This document shows positions 24,401 through 35,400 of a stretch of 64,000 nucleotides of DNA, one piece after another. A program made the position numbers and the translations under genes. Under the pieces are notes generated by a model that was not told where the DNA came from, made no database searches, and saw only the letters and a program-made list of their open reading frames with translations. Each line of letters begins with the position of its first letter. Position 1 is the first letter of the stretch. Source of the stretch: Macrostomum lignano (lineage: Eukaryota); NCBI GenBank assembly GCA_002269645.1, contig NIVC01001375.1, positions 238,626-302,625 of the forward strand, given 5' to 3'.

Positions 24401-27400
24401 GCTATCGGACCCTGCTTGCTTGCGCTGAGACACTGACCTGGCATCTTTGGATTGTTGCTGCTTTTTTGTTGTTTGAGTTTTATTGGCTATGGCCAAGGAA
24501 CGCTGGGCAATGTGGACTGCTTTTTCTAGTGGCGTTGAAATCCATATTTTGTTTATTTCTCTCTCAATATTTGACTTATCGCTATCCAGTCGCTCTGATG
24601 TCATCTAGTCACTCTGATAACCGTAATCTAGTCACTCTGATGACCGTAATCTATTCACTCTGATAACCGTAATCTTGTCACTCTGATAACCGTAATCTAG
24701 TCACTCTGATAACCGTAATCTATTCACTATGATAACCGTAATCTAGTCACTATGATAACCGTAATCTAGTCACTCTGATAACCGTCATCTCTAGTCACTC
24801 TGATAACCGTCATCTAGTCACTGATAATCGCCATCTTTTCACTCTAACTGTCGCTATCTTGTCACTCTGATAGCCGCCATCTTGTCACTCTGATAGCCGC
24901 CATCTTGTCACTCTGATAACCGTCATCTAGTCACTCTGATGACCGTAATCTATTCACTCTGATAACCGTAATCTTGTCACTCTGATAACCGTAATCTAGT
25001 CACTCTGATAACCGTAATCTATTCACTATGATAACCGTAATCTAGTCACTATGATAACCGTAATCTAGTCACTCTGATAACCGTCATCTCTAGTCACTCT
25101 GATAACCGTCATCTAGTCACTGATAATCGCCATCTTTTCACTCTAACTGTCGCTATCTTGTCACTCTGATAGCCGCCATCTTGTCACTCTGATAGCCGCC
25201 ATCTTGTCACTCTGATAACCGTCATCTAGTCACTCTGATGACCGTAATCTATTCACTCTGATAACCGTAATCTTGTCACTCTGATAACCGTAATCTAGTC
25301 ACTCTGATAACCGTAATCTATTCACTATGATAACCGTAATCTAGTCACTATGATAACCGTAATCTAGTCACTCTGATAACCGTCATCTCTAGTCACTCTG
25401 ATAACCGTCATCTAGTCACTGATAATCGCCATCTTTTCACTCTAACTGTCGCTATCTTGTCACTCTGATAGCCGCCATCTTGTCACTCTGATAGCCGCCA
25501 TCTTGTCACTCTGATAACCGTCATCTAGTCACTCTGATAACCGTCATCTAGTCACTCTGATAACCGTCATCTAGTCACTCTGATAACCGTCATCTAGTCA
25601 CTCTGATAACTGTCATCTAGTCACTCTGATAACCGTCATCTAGTCACTCTGATAACCGTCATCTAGTCACTCTGATAACTGTCATCTAGTCACTCTGATA
25701 ACTGTCATCTAGTCACTCTGATAACCGTCATCTAGTCACTCTGATAACCGTCATCTTGTCACTCTGATAGCCGCCATCTAGTCAGTCTGATAATTGGCTG
25801 ACTTATGTTATTTACCTTCTTTAATTTACTAACTGATTTATCCAGAAATTGAATGCCACAGTTCAAATTAATTTTGCACCGCCGTTTATGAATTATGGCT
25901 TTGATTGCTAAATTATTTGATTTATAAATAAATTAAATTACGCTTGCAATTGGTGTACAGTAGTTTTAGTAAAATATAAGTACGGAATTGAGTATTAAAT
26001 TTCATTGTTAAAATATTTTTTTCATTTCAGGGTCACCGCGACTCGCCGCAGCCTGCCGGCGACGCACCAGTTAAAGGCGGACTGGTTAGTATCTGTTTTT
26101 TTAATACTGTTACAGTTCTGTAGATTCTTATGCCAAATTGTTTTATAATGTACTATTGTTATTTGTAACCTATATTGAGTGTCTTCTACTTAGCATAGAG
26201 TAGGCACGAAGCGCAATATAATTATAACACTACTGTTTACTAGTGCCTGTCCTACTCTCTACTTGTGTCTATTCTACTCTAGTCCTATCTATTGTACTCT
26301 ACACTTGTGTCTATTCTACTCTGCACTTGTGTCTATTCTACTCTAGTCCTATCTATTCTACTCTGCACTTGTGTCTATTCTACTCTAGTCCTATCTATTC
26401 TACTCTGCACTTGTGTCTATTCTACTCTAATCCTATCTATTCTACTCTAGTCCTATCTATTCTACTCTGCACTTGTGTCTATTCTACTCTAATCCTATCT
26501 ATTCTACTCTAGTCCTATCTATTCTACTCTAGTCCTATCTATTCTACTCTGCACTTGTGTCTATTCTACTCTAATCCTATCTATTCTACTCTCTACTTGT
26601 GTGTATTCTACTCTAATCCTATCTATTCTACTCCAGTACTACGAGTATACTCGTATCTATTCTACTCTGCACTTGTGTCTATTCTACTCTAGTCCTATCT
26701 ATTCTACTCTGCACTTGTGTCTATTCTACTCTGCACTTGTGTCTATTCTACTCTGCACTTGTGTCTATTCTACTCTGCACTTGTGTCTATTCTACTCTGC
26801 ACTTGTGTCTATTCTACTCTAGTCCTATCTATTCTACTCTGCACTTGTGTCTATTCTACTCTAGTACTATCTATTCTACTGTCTACTTGTGTCTATTCGA
26901 CTCTACTCGTATCTATTCTACTGTAATAAAACTGGTTATCACACGCGCTGAGTTCTCAGTATTCATCAGTTTCTCTAAATGCATTTTCATTCAGTGCCAG
27001 GTGTGCAAGTACTACAATAAAGCCTCTATATACATATCGGCCTTCATTCGCCTGCTCGGCTCGTGTGTTACTCCCTTCCCCCATACCTTGCTGTTCTCAA
27101 TACCGAGAGCTCAATTCTAAGCGCCCAGTCTTTTACTACTAGACCTCGTGCACAGGGCAAAACCTATTCTATCGCTATGATATTCTCTCCTTCTCTTCTT
27201 CCTCTAGTGTCTCTCGACTGGCTCTTGCTCTCTTCTGCAGCTTATTTAATGTGCAATACGCTCTAGTGTTTCTGTCTAGTATATTATTTCTTCTCTAGCT
27301 AGCTCATTTCTATCTTGTACGTATTTGTAATTTAGATGTGTTTGATCTGAGGTCGGAACTGCGGCAAGATTTTCTAAGTAAGCTTCTTGCAATCTCTTCT

Positions 27401-30400
27401 TTTCCAAATAGTATACTCACGTACGAGTGATCGAGGTTAAATACTCTCACGTTCTCAGCAGCTGTGCAACCTTCCCAGATTCTCGGTTGCTGGGCCAGCC
27501 TTCCAGAGTGTCAGTTGCTGGGCCAGCCTCCCAGATCCTCAGTTGCTGGGCCAGCCTCCCAAATCCCCAGTTGCTGGGCCAGCCTCCCAGATCCTCAGTT
27601 GCTGGGCCAGCCTCCCAGATCCTCAGTTGCTGGGCCAGCCTCCCAGATCCTCAGTTGCTGGGCCAGCCTCCCAGATCCTCAGTTGCTGGGCCAGCCTCCC
27701 AGATCCTCAGTTGCTGGGCCAGCCTCCCAGATCCTCAGTTGCTGGGCCAGCCTCCCAAATCCCCAGTTGCTGGGCCAGCCTCCCAGATCCTCAGTTGCTG
27801 GGCCAGCCTCCCAGATCCTCAGTTGCTGGGCCAGCCTCCCAGATCCTCAGTTGCTGGGCCAGCCTCCCAGATCCTCAGTTGCTGGGCCAGCCTCCCAGAG
27901 TGTCAGTTGCTGGGCCAGCCTCCCAGATCCTCAGTTGCTGGGCCAGCCTCCCAGGGTGTCAGTTCCTGGTCCAGCCTCCCAGATCCTCAGTTGCTGGGCC
28001 AGCCTCCCGGATCCTCAGTTGCTGGGCCAGCCTCCCAGAGTGTCAGTTGCTGGGCCAGCCTCCCAGAGTGTCAGTTGCTGGGCCAGCCTCCCAGATCCTC
28101 AGTTGCTGGGCCAGCCTCCCAGATCCTCAGTTGCTGGGCCAGCCTCCCAGATCCTCAGTTGCTGGGCCAGCCTCCCAAATCCCCAGTTGCTGGGCCAGCC
28201 TCCCAGATCCTCAGTTGCTGGGCCAGCCTCCCAGATCCTCAGTTGCTGGGCCAGCCTCCCAGATCCTCAGTTGCTGGGCCAGCCTCCCAGAGTGTCAGTT
28301 GCTGGGCCAGCCTCCCAGATCCTCAGTTGCTGGGCCAGCCTCCCAGATCCTCAGTTGCTGGGCCAGCCTCCCAGATCCTCAGTTGCTGGGCCAGCCTCCC
28401 AAATCCCCAGTTGCTGGGCCAGCCTCCCAGATCCTCAGTTGCTGGGCCAGCCTCCCAGATCCTCAGTTGCTGGGCCAGCCTCCCAGATCCTCAGTTGCTG
28501 GGCCAGCCTCCCAGATCCTCAGTTGCTGGGCCAGCCTCCCAGATCCTCAGTTGCTGGGCCAGCCTCCCAGATCCTCAGTTGCTGGGCCAGCCTCCCAGGG
28601 TGTCAGTTCCTGGTCCAGCCTCCCAGATCCTCAGTTGCTGGGCCAGCCTCCCGGATCCTCAGTTGCTGGGCCAGCCTCCCAGGGTGTCAGTTCCTGGTCC
28701 AGCCTCCCAGATCCTTAGTTGCTGGGCCAGCCTTCCAGATTTTCAGTTGCTAGGGACCACCCTCTGAGCTTTTCAGTCCACTTTATCTAAAACAAAGCGT
28801 CCCTAGACTGGTAAATCCATAGTGCTTATCCTTCAGAGCGCACTTTCATTCCACAGAGCGGCAGCCAATCCTCTCTGCCTCCGCCGCCACCCGAGCTGGT
28901 GTCAGCCGGTCCCCAGTCAGCCCTGCCAGCCCCAGTGTCGGACATCAGCCGCAAGCCCAGCATGCAGCAGCAACAGCAACAGGATTCCCAATCAGCTGAT
29001 CAGTCGAATCGAATCCGTCAGCTAACTGGCGAGGTTGAACGGCTCAACGCCGAGTTAGAAGGCGCCCGTCACGTCTACAAAGAATTCGAACGATGCATGC
29101 AACAGATGGCTGAGCAAAAACGGCGCTCCGATCAGCAGGTTGCTGAGATTGTTAGAGATCGAGACCAGGTGCGATGCTACTCATTTTTCAATTTAGTGAA
29201 TCAATAATAGTGGAAAAAACCCTGTGGCGTTTTAGAAATGGAATTCCGTATACGCTTATAGAAGGAAATCCTTGTTTGATATTAAAAATTCAAGATAATG
29301 TTAATTACAGTACTCTTGAAATAGGAACAGATTATTCCAGCAAGGGAATCATAAGCCGTCTAAAAATAGAAACGGATTATTCTAGCAAAGGAATCCTCAT
29401 CTGCCGTCTAAAAATAGAAACTGATTATTACAGCAAGGGGAAATCCTCAGTGTTCTTAAAATAGAAACTGATTATTCCAGCAAGGGGAAATCCTCAGTGT
29501 TCTTAAAATAGAAACTGATTATTCCAGCAAGGGGAAATCCTCAGCGGTCTTAAAATAGAAACTGATTATTCCAGTAAGGGGAAATCCTCAGCGGTCTTAA
29601 AATAGAACCTGATTATTCCAGCAAGGGGAAATCCTCAGTGTTCTTAAAATAGAAACTGATTATTCCAGCAAGGGGAAATCCTCAGTGTTCTTAAAATAGA
29701 AACTGATTATTCCAGCAAGGGGAAATCCTCAGTGTTCTTAAAATAGAACCTGATTATTCTAGCAAGGGGAAATCCTCAGTGTTCTTAAAATAGAAACTGA
29801 TTATTCCAGCAAGGGGAAATCCTTAGCGGTCTTAAAATAGAAACTGATTATTCCAGCAAGCGGAAATCCTCAGTGTTCTTAAAATAGAAACTGATTATTC
29901 CAGCAAGGGGAAATCCTCAGCGGTCTTAAAATAGAAACTGATTATTCCAGCAAGGGGAAATCCTCAGCGGTCTTAAAATAGAAACTGATTATTCCAGCAA
30001 GGGGAAATCCTCGGTGTTCTTAAAATAGAAACTGATTTTTCCAGCAAGGGGAAATCCTCAGTGTTCTTAAAATAGAAACTGATTATTCCAGCAAAGGGAA
30101 ATCCTCAGTGTTCTTAAAATAGAAACTGATAATCAGGAAAATCCATCCAATCTTTCTAAAAATCGAACTCATGGATGCCAAGGTTACACCTGTTCGTTAC
30201 GTTCAACAGTATGGGGGCATATAAATAATTATTACGATGAAGAGGCAACAGGGAATCCCCATCGCACTCTCGCAGGCGCTGGAAGACCTCCGCTCAGTGG
30301 AGAAGGCATTCTCCGATCTGCACCGCCGGTTTGAGAAATCCAAACTGCTAGTCGAAGCGCACAAGAAGAACGAAGAGACGCTGAACAAGTGCGTGCAGGA

Positions 30401-30662
30401 GTACCAGGCCAGGATGAAGCGCAACGAGCAGAAGTACCAGACTCTCAAGGCGCACGCGGAAGAGAAACTCGAGGCGGCTAATCGGGTTATCGAAGAGCAG
30501 AAGCGCAACTCCGAGGGCGAAGCCGTCAGACTGCAGGCGGTGCTGCGCAAAGCGGAACTGCAGGCCCAGAATCTGCAGGCGCAGTTGGACCAGAAGAGCA
30601 GAGAGAATGCGGAACTGACGAGCATCTGCGACACTCTGATTCACAAGGTTGCGCCCGAGTAA
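14536..30662 (+). CDS. TACC: TACC-family centrosomal coiled-coil protein, ~552 aa from ATG 14536 (frame open from 14473, true 5' end uncertain); exons 14536-15084, 22996-23091, 24102-24362, 26031-26084, 28857-29168, 30276-30662
   Basis: C-terminal TACC domain RDRDQ|[63 protein letters not shown]. All five introns are GT-AG and phase 0 with an open joined frame. AATAAA follows the stop. The middle exons are assigned from splice signals and frame only. Confidence 0.85.
15178..15475. repeat. (GACA)n microsatellite in TACC intron 1
   Basis: Direct reading. Confidence 0.95.
16326..16616 (-). repeat. 3' LTR (291 bp), preceded by polypurine tract AGGAAGGGGGGAA (16617-16629)
   Basis: TGTTAAAT...CCAGAACA; by eye 4 substitutions and 1 indel versus the 5' LTR. 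Confidence 0.95.
17255..20490 (-). pseudogene. pol: Disrupted pol: protease (LLDDAS), RT with catalytic core deleted, RNase H (VFVDAS, WSDS), integrase (HHCC, VDFGGP, YSDNG)
   Basis: In-frame stop at 20191 (TAG where W is expected) and another at 19033; frame changes near 19000 and 18050-18130; no YVDD motif. Confidence 0.9.
20497..22386 (-). CDS. gag: BEL/Pao Gag, 629 aa; ends at a probable nonsense codon in frame with the protease
   Basis: [30 protein letters not shown], and knuckles [27 protein letters not shown] and [11 protein letters not shown]. Confidence 0.9.
   Translation of the reverse strand: MQKDGEEFESNYPPADEEERKLMDAKAAKTRAKAAFTKGRNRLVQQLAAGGQDGVEVQQQATLMEKLFEAVTTELEKLLELTGDDLPLRRQTIKELENAEKDYGETVGLMTEFWKDRSRSEAAEREEQDRLAESEEQQRREEEQRKLQAAEHRALELEEVQRELERDYQQRHEQLAEELRRLKIVTGSTKAESPCERASPGSGLAEQPIGAEVGVSAAADRSEKADWTAHEGGSGERSIKQNPAPRPATSQSASVQWQLREPIVQQECTQRVREEAERQVSQDMWRQLQRVAIPSFSGDKRQYEGWKAAFYACVDAAPSSRVYKLLQLRQCLQGDALKLIANLGHSEFAYKAALDRLEREYGGERRRLVLVLEDLDRFRPIVTESAPQLKKLADLVDVAVINLMEAGREAELDSNGLLHLRVQKKLPMDTLARYHRWVGENGRNDTLSALHQWLLREAEYQTVAMEAVHGVAAQNGPGAGKMEQSKKFSGMQRTETARTHFGAVAESTRADEQRKKNCRVCEGSHGAWECPKFAEMDVVKRWAVAREKKLCFHCLGVNHSGLACRWSRTCGVDGCQGKHHRMLHQKREPKSAAAVTRSGEGEARKSTEDVAAATKKERTMLAEVVKETA
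22392..22409 (-). promoter_or_regulatory. Primer-binding site TGGTAGCAGAGCGTGGTT, complementary to the initiator tRNA-Met 3' end
   Basis: Lies 2 nt inside the 5' LTR. TGGTAGCAGAG complements the eukaryotic tRNAi-Met end CUCUGCUACCA. Confidence 0.8.
22412..22701 (-). repeat. 5' LTR (290 bp)
   Basis: Near-identical to 16326-16616. Confidence 0.95.
23580..23900. repeat. ~48-bp minisatellite (AAGGAATACCCTCCGTTCTAAAAATAGATTTGGAAAAACCCGTTAACC) in TACC intron 2
   Basis: About 6 diverged copies; resembles the intron-5 array. Confidence 0.8.
24590..25790. repeat. 23-bp minisatellite CTAGTCACTCTGATAACCGTCAT with a 299-bp higher-order repeat x3, TACC intron 3
   Basis: The variant unit GTCACTCTGATGACCGTAATCTATTC recurs at 24631, 24930 and 25229. 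Confidence 0.92.
26235..26925. repeat. Mixed 20/22-bp minisatellite (CTATTCTACTCT + AGTCCTAT or GCACTTGTGT), TACC intron 4
   Basis: Direct reading. Confidence 0.9.
27455..28752 (+). repeat. 28-bp minisatellite GTTGCTGGGCCAGCCTCCCAGATCCTCA, ~46 copies, TACC intron 4
   Basis: Direct reading. The unit is stop-free in all three + frames, which produces the 391-446 aa artefact ORFs. Confidence 0.95.
29300..30130. repeat. 47-bp minisatellite (AAGGGGAAATCCTCAGTGTTCTTAAAATAGAAACTGATTATTCCAGC), TACC intron 5
   Basis: About 17 copies read directly. Confidence 0.93.
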
Positions 30663-32493
30663 GCCCGAGTAAGACGGTAAAACAAAATAAACTTTGTTAG
30701 AATGACTTGTTTATTGAATAATCTAGGTTATGTCATGTGCTCGTAATTGATGGTATTAATTTAACGTATTACCAAGCAATAAAAATCTGTCTGTATGTTT
30801 CGCAAAGCATCGAATGTTTTTGTTTGGTTTTGCCTAGTTGATTGCGTTTAAAAACTATTAAAATAAGACTTGCTTTGCTCGGCCTTAATAGGTGCTTAAA
30901 TTTATTTCATTAAAGTTAATTTTTTACTATATATATCCCTTCGGTGCATACTTTGCTTTCAGTATGCGATTAAAACAATTATTATTAATCATCATATTGA
31001 AGCTGGTGTTATCTTCAAATTTGAGTCTTCTTTGCTTCATCAATTGATTTTTCTATTTTAAGGGATTATAATTCGAAATTAATTTTTATAGTCTTCCATC
31101 CTGGTGTAGTCTGCTTTAGTAAATTATTTATTAAACAATTTAACAAAAATCAGTTCATTCAGTATTCACGTCTAATGCTATTTTTTATTATATAGGCTAG
31201 CTACACTTCAAACTGTGTTTTCAATTTGTAATTCTCTATCTGTTTATATTATTCTTCTACGCATGGTTTTTTATCCCCTCATTCACGTAACGTGTCTATT
31301 AACAGCTGGTGTTTTTGCATTGCTGCTCAATCGCTTTTCAATATACATGTGCGTGATGTACTACTCACTCGTAGGCCTAACTGGGCCTGTTCGTAAACAA
31401 CTGACCGATATTTATTATGAAATACTATTTTTGTTGATAAATGCAAATTTGTCTGCTAAGAGTTTTTTCTCTTTGGTTTCAATTTTTAGTGTCCGTCTGT
31501 CCGCTTTCGTTTGCTTTTTTGATGTGCGAGCGTCATTTGCCCCCCCCCCCCTACACACGCACGTGTGCTTGTTGCTCCATTGTAAAGCTATCTTGCTTGA
31601 TTTTGGCTTGCAGTTGTTTTATTGTAGACTGGTTGCAGAATTCTGCAGTTAGTTTTACCATTATTATTGTAAAATTATTTTTTCTTTGAAAAAAACAATT
31701 GATATGCGATATAAATAAATTAATACATGAAATTTAAATGGCAGTTGCTTTCACTTCACTCGAGTCGCATGCGACTATACGAAATAATTTGTTATATCAT
31801 ATGATTTTCGTTTTTTACAGCTATAGAATCACTTAAATAGAACTAAAGCAGGATTTTATTTTTGCTTCGAAAAATCTAACATTTACACTGTCCTGTGATG
31901 GGGCACGTGGATGTACGAGTACTTTGTATTACACGAAATGCTATGTCAAGTCTTAAGTACAAACCATGCAGTACCCACCCGGTGCTTTGGCCGGTTGGTG
32001 ATTAGCGAGGCTACGCTCGTACCTTAGTAATATAGCTTTAAAAAAGTTGCTGATCAGATTGCTTACAGTATCCACTTTTGAAATTATAGCTCCATGTATA
32101 AAAATGTGAACTTTTTCTCGAAAATATTGAAAAAGTTAAAAACCTGCGTACCGGAACAAAGACGGTTAAACAAATTCACTACAATTTAAGCTTTCTTATT
32201 CGAAAAAATAGCAGTAAAAATGTTAATTTAATAAATTTAAATATTTTAGTACACAAAATATACAGTATATAAGCAATAAACTCAAAGGATTTCGTGCACA
32301 ACAACATATTTTAACTTGCAAGGTCAATACCATTTTTAATAATTTAAATAAAGACTCATATTCTGATCATCATAATCACTATTCACTTGTTTGCCTGTGA
32401 GTGCGACTCTTGACTGTAGTGGTGAGGAATAAAACCGACTAAAGCACATAATTTTATTTCAGCGCGAACACAGTACAAGGCAGCTAGATAAAT

Positions 32494-35400
32494 ATGTCAA
32501 TTCGAATTAATGAAGACGAGGAAGGTTCGCCATTGCTGGCTGGTGTATATTCTGATGCTACTTCAGCTGCACTCCAGAATGAAAGCAATTCGTAAGTTTC
32601 GTACAGGTTAATGTTTCCTTTTTTGATTAAAAAGTAGTAGTATAAGAAATAAAAAACTATAAAACCCTATGCTATCTATATCTTTTTTTAGTTTTTTTGA
32701 ATCGTAGGCCCCCTATCTTGGAGAGTATGCTAAAATGATCTACTTGTCTGTAAAATAAAGAACAAACTTGTTCTGTAAAGTTTTAACTTAACAATTATTT
32801 TTTTAGATCAGTGTCAATCAACAGGAGTCCAACTGATGAAACCTACCGATGGAAGTCGATTAGACTTTGTTACTTGACATTCTTTATATCTAGCTTGGGT
32901 TTTTCAATTTGTTTGTCTTCAATTTGGCCATATCTGCAACAAGTAAGTTAAAGAATCTTTAAATATTTGTGTTATTTTATTTGGATCAAAATATTATCAA
33001 GTTTATATTTTATTATTTCATGTTAGAAAAGACTGACAAATACAAAATATTTATTATAACTATGTAAATATCATTGATTTTAAATCAAAATTAAAACTTA
33101 TTTTTATTAAGACAAAAATACTAGAGTTTGACTTTTTTAATTCTATTAAGATGCTCCAAAATCAGTTACAGAGGCAGTGTTTTTATATATAATAATAAAT
33201 TCTAGCCTTTTTATTCTAAATTATCTTTGTGTATACTATTTTTAAATAATCAACCAAAGTTCAGATTTTATATTTAGTTAAATTAGGTTTGTTTTAAATA
33301 GGCACTGGTTCAAATTGTTAAATTAACTTAGCAAACCATAATAATAATGCATTAATTTCCACTTTCAAACAGGTGGACACTGAATCAAATGAAGCCTTCC
33401 TAGGCTGGGTGGTAGCCGCCTTCAGCTTGGGCCAACTGATCGCCAGCCCAATCCTTGGCTTGCTATTCAATGTGATGAAGCAGGCCAGAATCCCTATTCT
33501 AATCTCCCTAGTGATCAGCCTATTTGGCAGCGCTCTATACGCTTATGTACACATATTCCCAACCAATCGCAGATTTGTACTATTAGTGGCCCGCTTTGTC
33601 ATTGGTCTCGGCGCTGGAAATGGCGCCGTGATTAGAAGTTTCGTGTCTGGCGCCACCACGGTGGCCGAGCGCACTGAAGTGATGGCCAAAGTGTCCATCT
33701 GTCAGTCGCTGGGGTTTATTGTTGGCCCTGCGGTGCAGGCTGTGTTCACGCTACTGGGCTATCCTGGCCCTGTGCATGGCGCTGCGCTACAGATCAACAT
33801 GTACACCTCTGCCGGGCTGCTGTCCTTTCTCATGGGTGAGCTCATCCTCTAAACCGCTTCTAACTCTCCCCTGCGCCCCTCTCACTAATTCAAATTGTAG
33901 TTTCTTTCATTTTCACTTTCAATTACAGCTATCGGAAACATCGTTTTGATTGCTGTCTTCTTCAAAGAGTTCTTTTTCGAGACTGACACGATGGACAGAT
34001 CTTTGGCTAATCCGGCTAGCATCAGTGAGTTTTTAGCAGTGCTTTGCGGTTGTTTGCTGTCGGTGATATTATCGACTTCATTTTTTACCACAACAAAAAG
34101 ATCCTCAGTTGCTGGGCCAGCCTCCCAGATCCCCAGTTGCTGGGCCAGCCTCCCAGATCCCCAGTTGCTGGGCCAGCCTCCCAGATCCTCAGTTGCTGGG
34201 CCAGCCTCTCCGATCCTCAGTCTCCCAGACTCCTAGATGCGATCTTCAAACTTCTTCATCACTGGAAGCGCCATCTCATTGCAGACTCGGATGCAGCTGA
34301 GCAACTCCAGCATCAGCAGACAGACAGCCAGACCAAGCCGGACACTTTGGCTGCCCTCATCTGCATCTTCACGTTCTGCGTTCTGTTTTTCAACTTTTCA
34401 ACACTGGAAACGTGAGTTTATAGGTTTTAGAGCAGCTGTTCAAAATTGCCTGTAAAATATTCAGTGAATTTTCTGTGCTCTTAGTTCAACAGAACCTCAA
34501 GAATATTCATTGTAATCATTGCTTCTTACACCATATGTTGCTAACTGAAATTGCATTAAGGCGAAGACAAGACTAGATTAAAAAAACATTTTTTTGATAA
34601 GCCAGTTAAGCCTATGGACTTTAATAATTGATATGATACGCTTCTTTCTTGCGTCAAGAACTTTGACTATGCCAGTGTAGTAGGACTTTCATTTTGGCAA
34701 TGCGTCTTATCTTAAATTTATGGCATTCTGCCTGTAGCTGCACCGCTTTCACTGCTGCATTGCAGTATCATGACCCCGCTGAGTCAGGTCATGTTCGCCT
34801 GGAATAAGGAGCAGGCATCGCTGTACAATGGCATCGCTCTGGCCGTCTGCGGCTTCATCTCCATGGTGTCTTTTATATCTATTAGGTGCTGGACTAAAAT
34901 GTGAGTGATAAGATAAATTGATGGATAGATAGATATCAGCAGATAGATATCAGCAGATAGATCAGCAAATAGAGCAGCAGATAGATCAGCAAATAGATCA
35001 GCAGATAGAGCAGCAGATAGTTCAGCAGATAGATCTGCAGATAGATTAGCAGATAGAGCAGTAGATGGATCAGCAAATAGATCAGCAGATGATAAATCAG
35101 CAGATAGATCAGCAGATAGATCAGCTAATAGAGTAGCAGATAGATCAGCAGATAGATCAGCAGATAGATCAGCAGATAGATCAGCAGATAGATCAGCAGA
35201 TAGATCAGCAGATAGATCAGCAGATAGATCAGCAGATAGATCAGCAGATAGATTAGCAGATAGACCAGCAGATAGATCGGCAGCTAGATCAGCAGATAGA
35301 TCAGCAGATAGATCAGCAGATAGATTAGCAAAAATATCAGCAGATAGATCAGTAAATAGAGTAGCAGATAGATCAGCAGATAGATCTGCAGATAGATCAG

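Noticed and set aside
27427-28767. Three overlapping 391-446 aa ORFs
   Set aside because: Artefact of a stop-free 28-bp repeat, with the same 28-aa cycle in every frame, inside TACC intron 4.
30661-30680. GTAAGACGGT resembling my recollection of a flatworm SL 5' end
   Set aside because: Match too short, no SL donor, hairpins or Sm site; no SL RNA, tRNA or rRNA gene recognised in the window.
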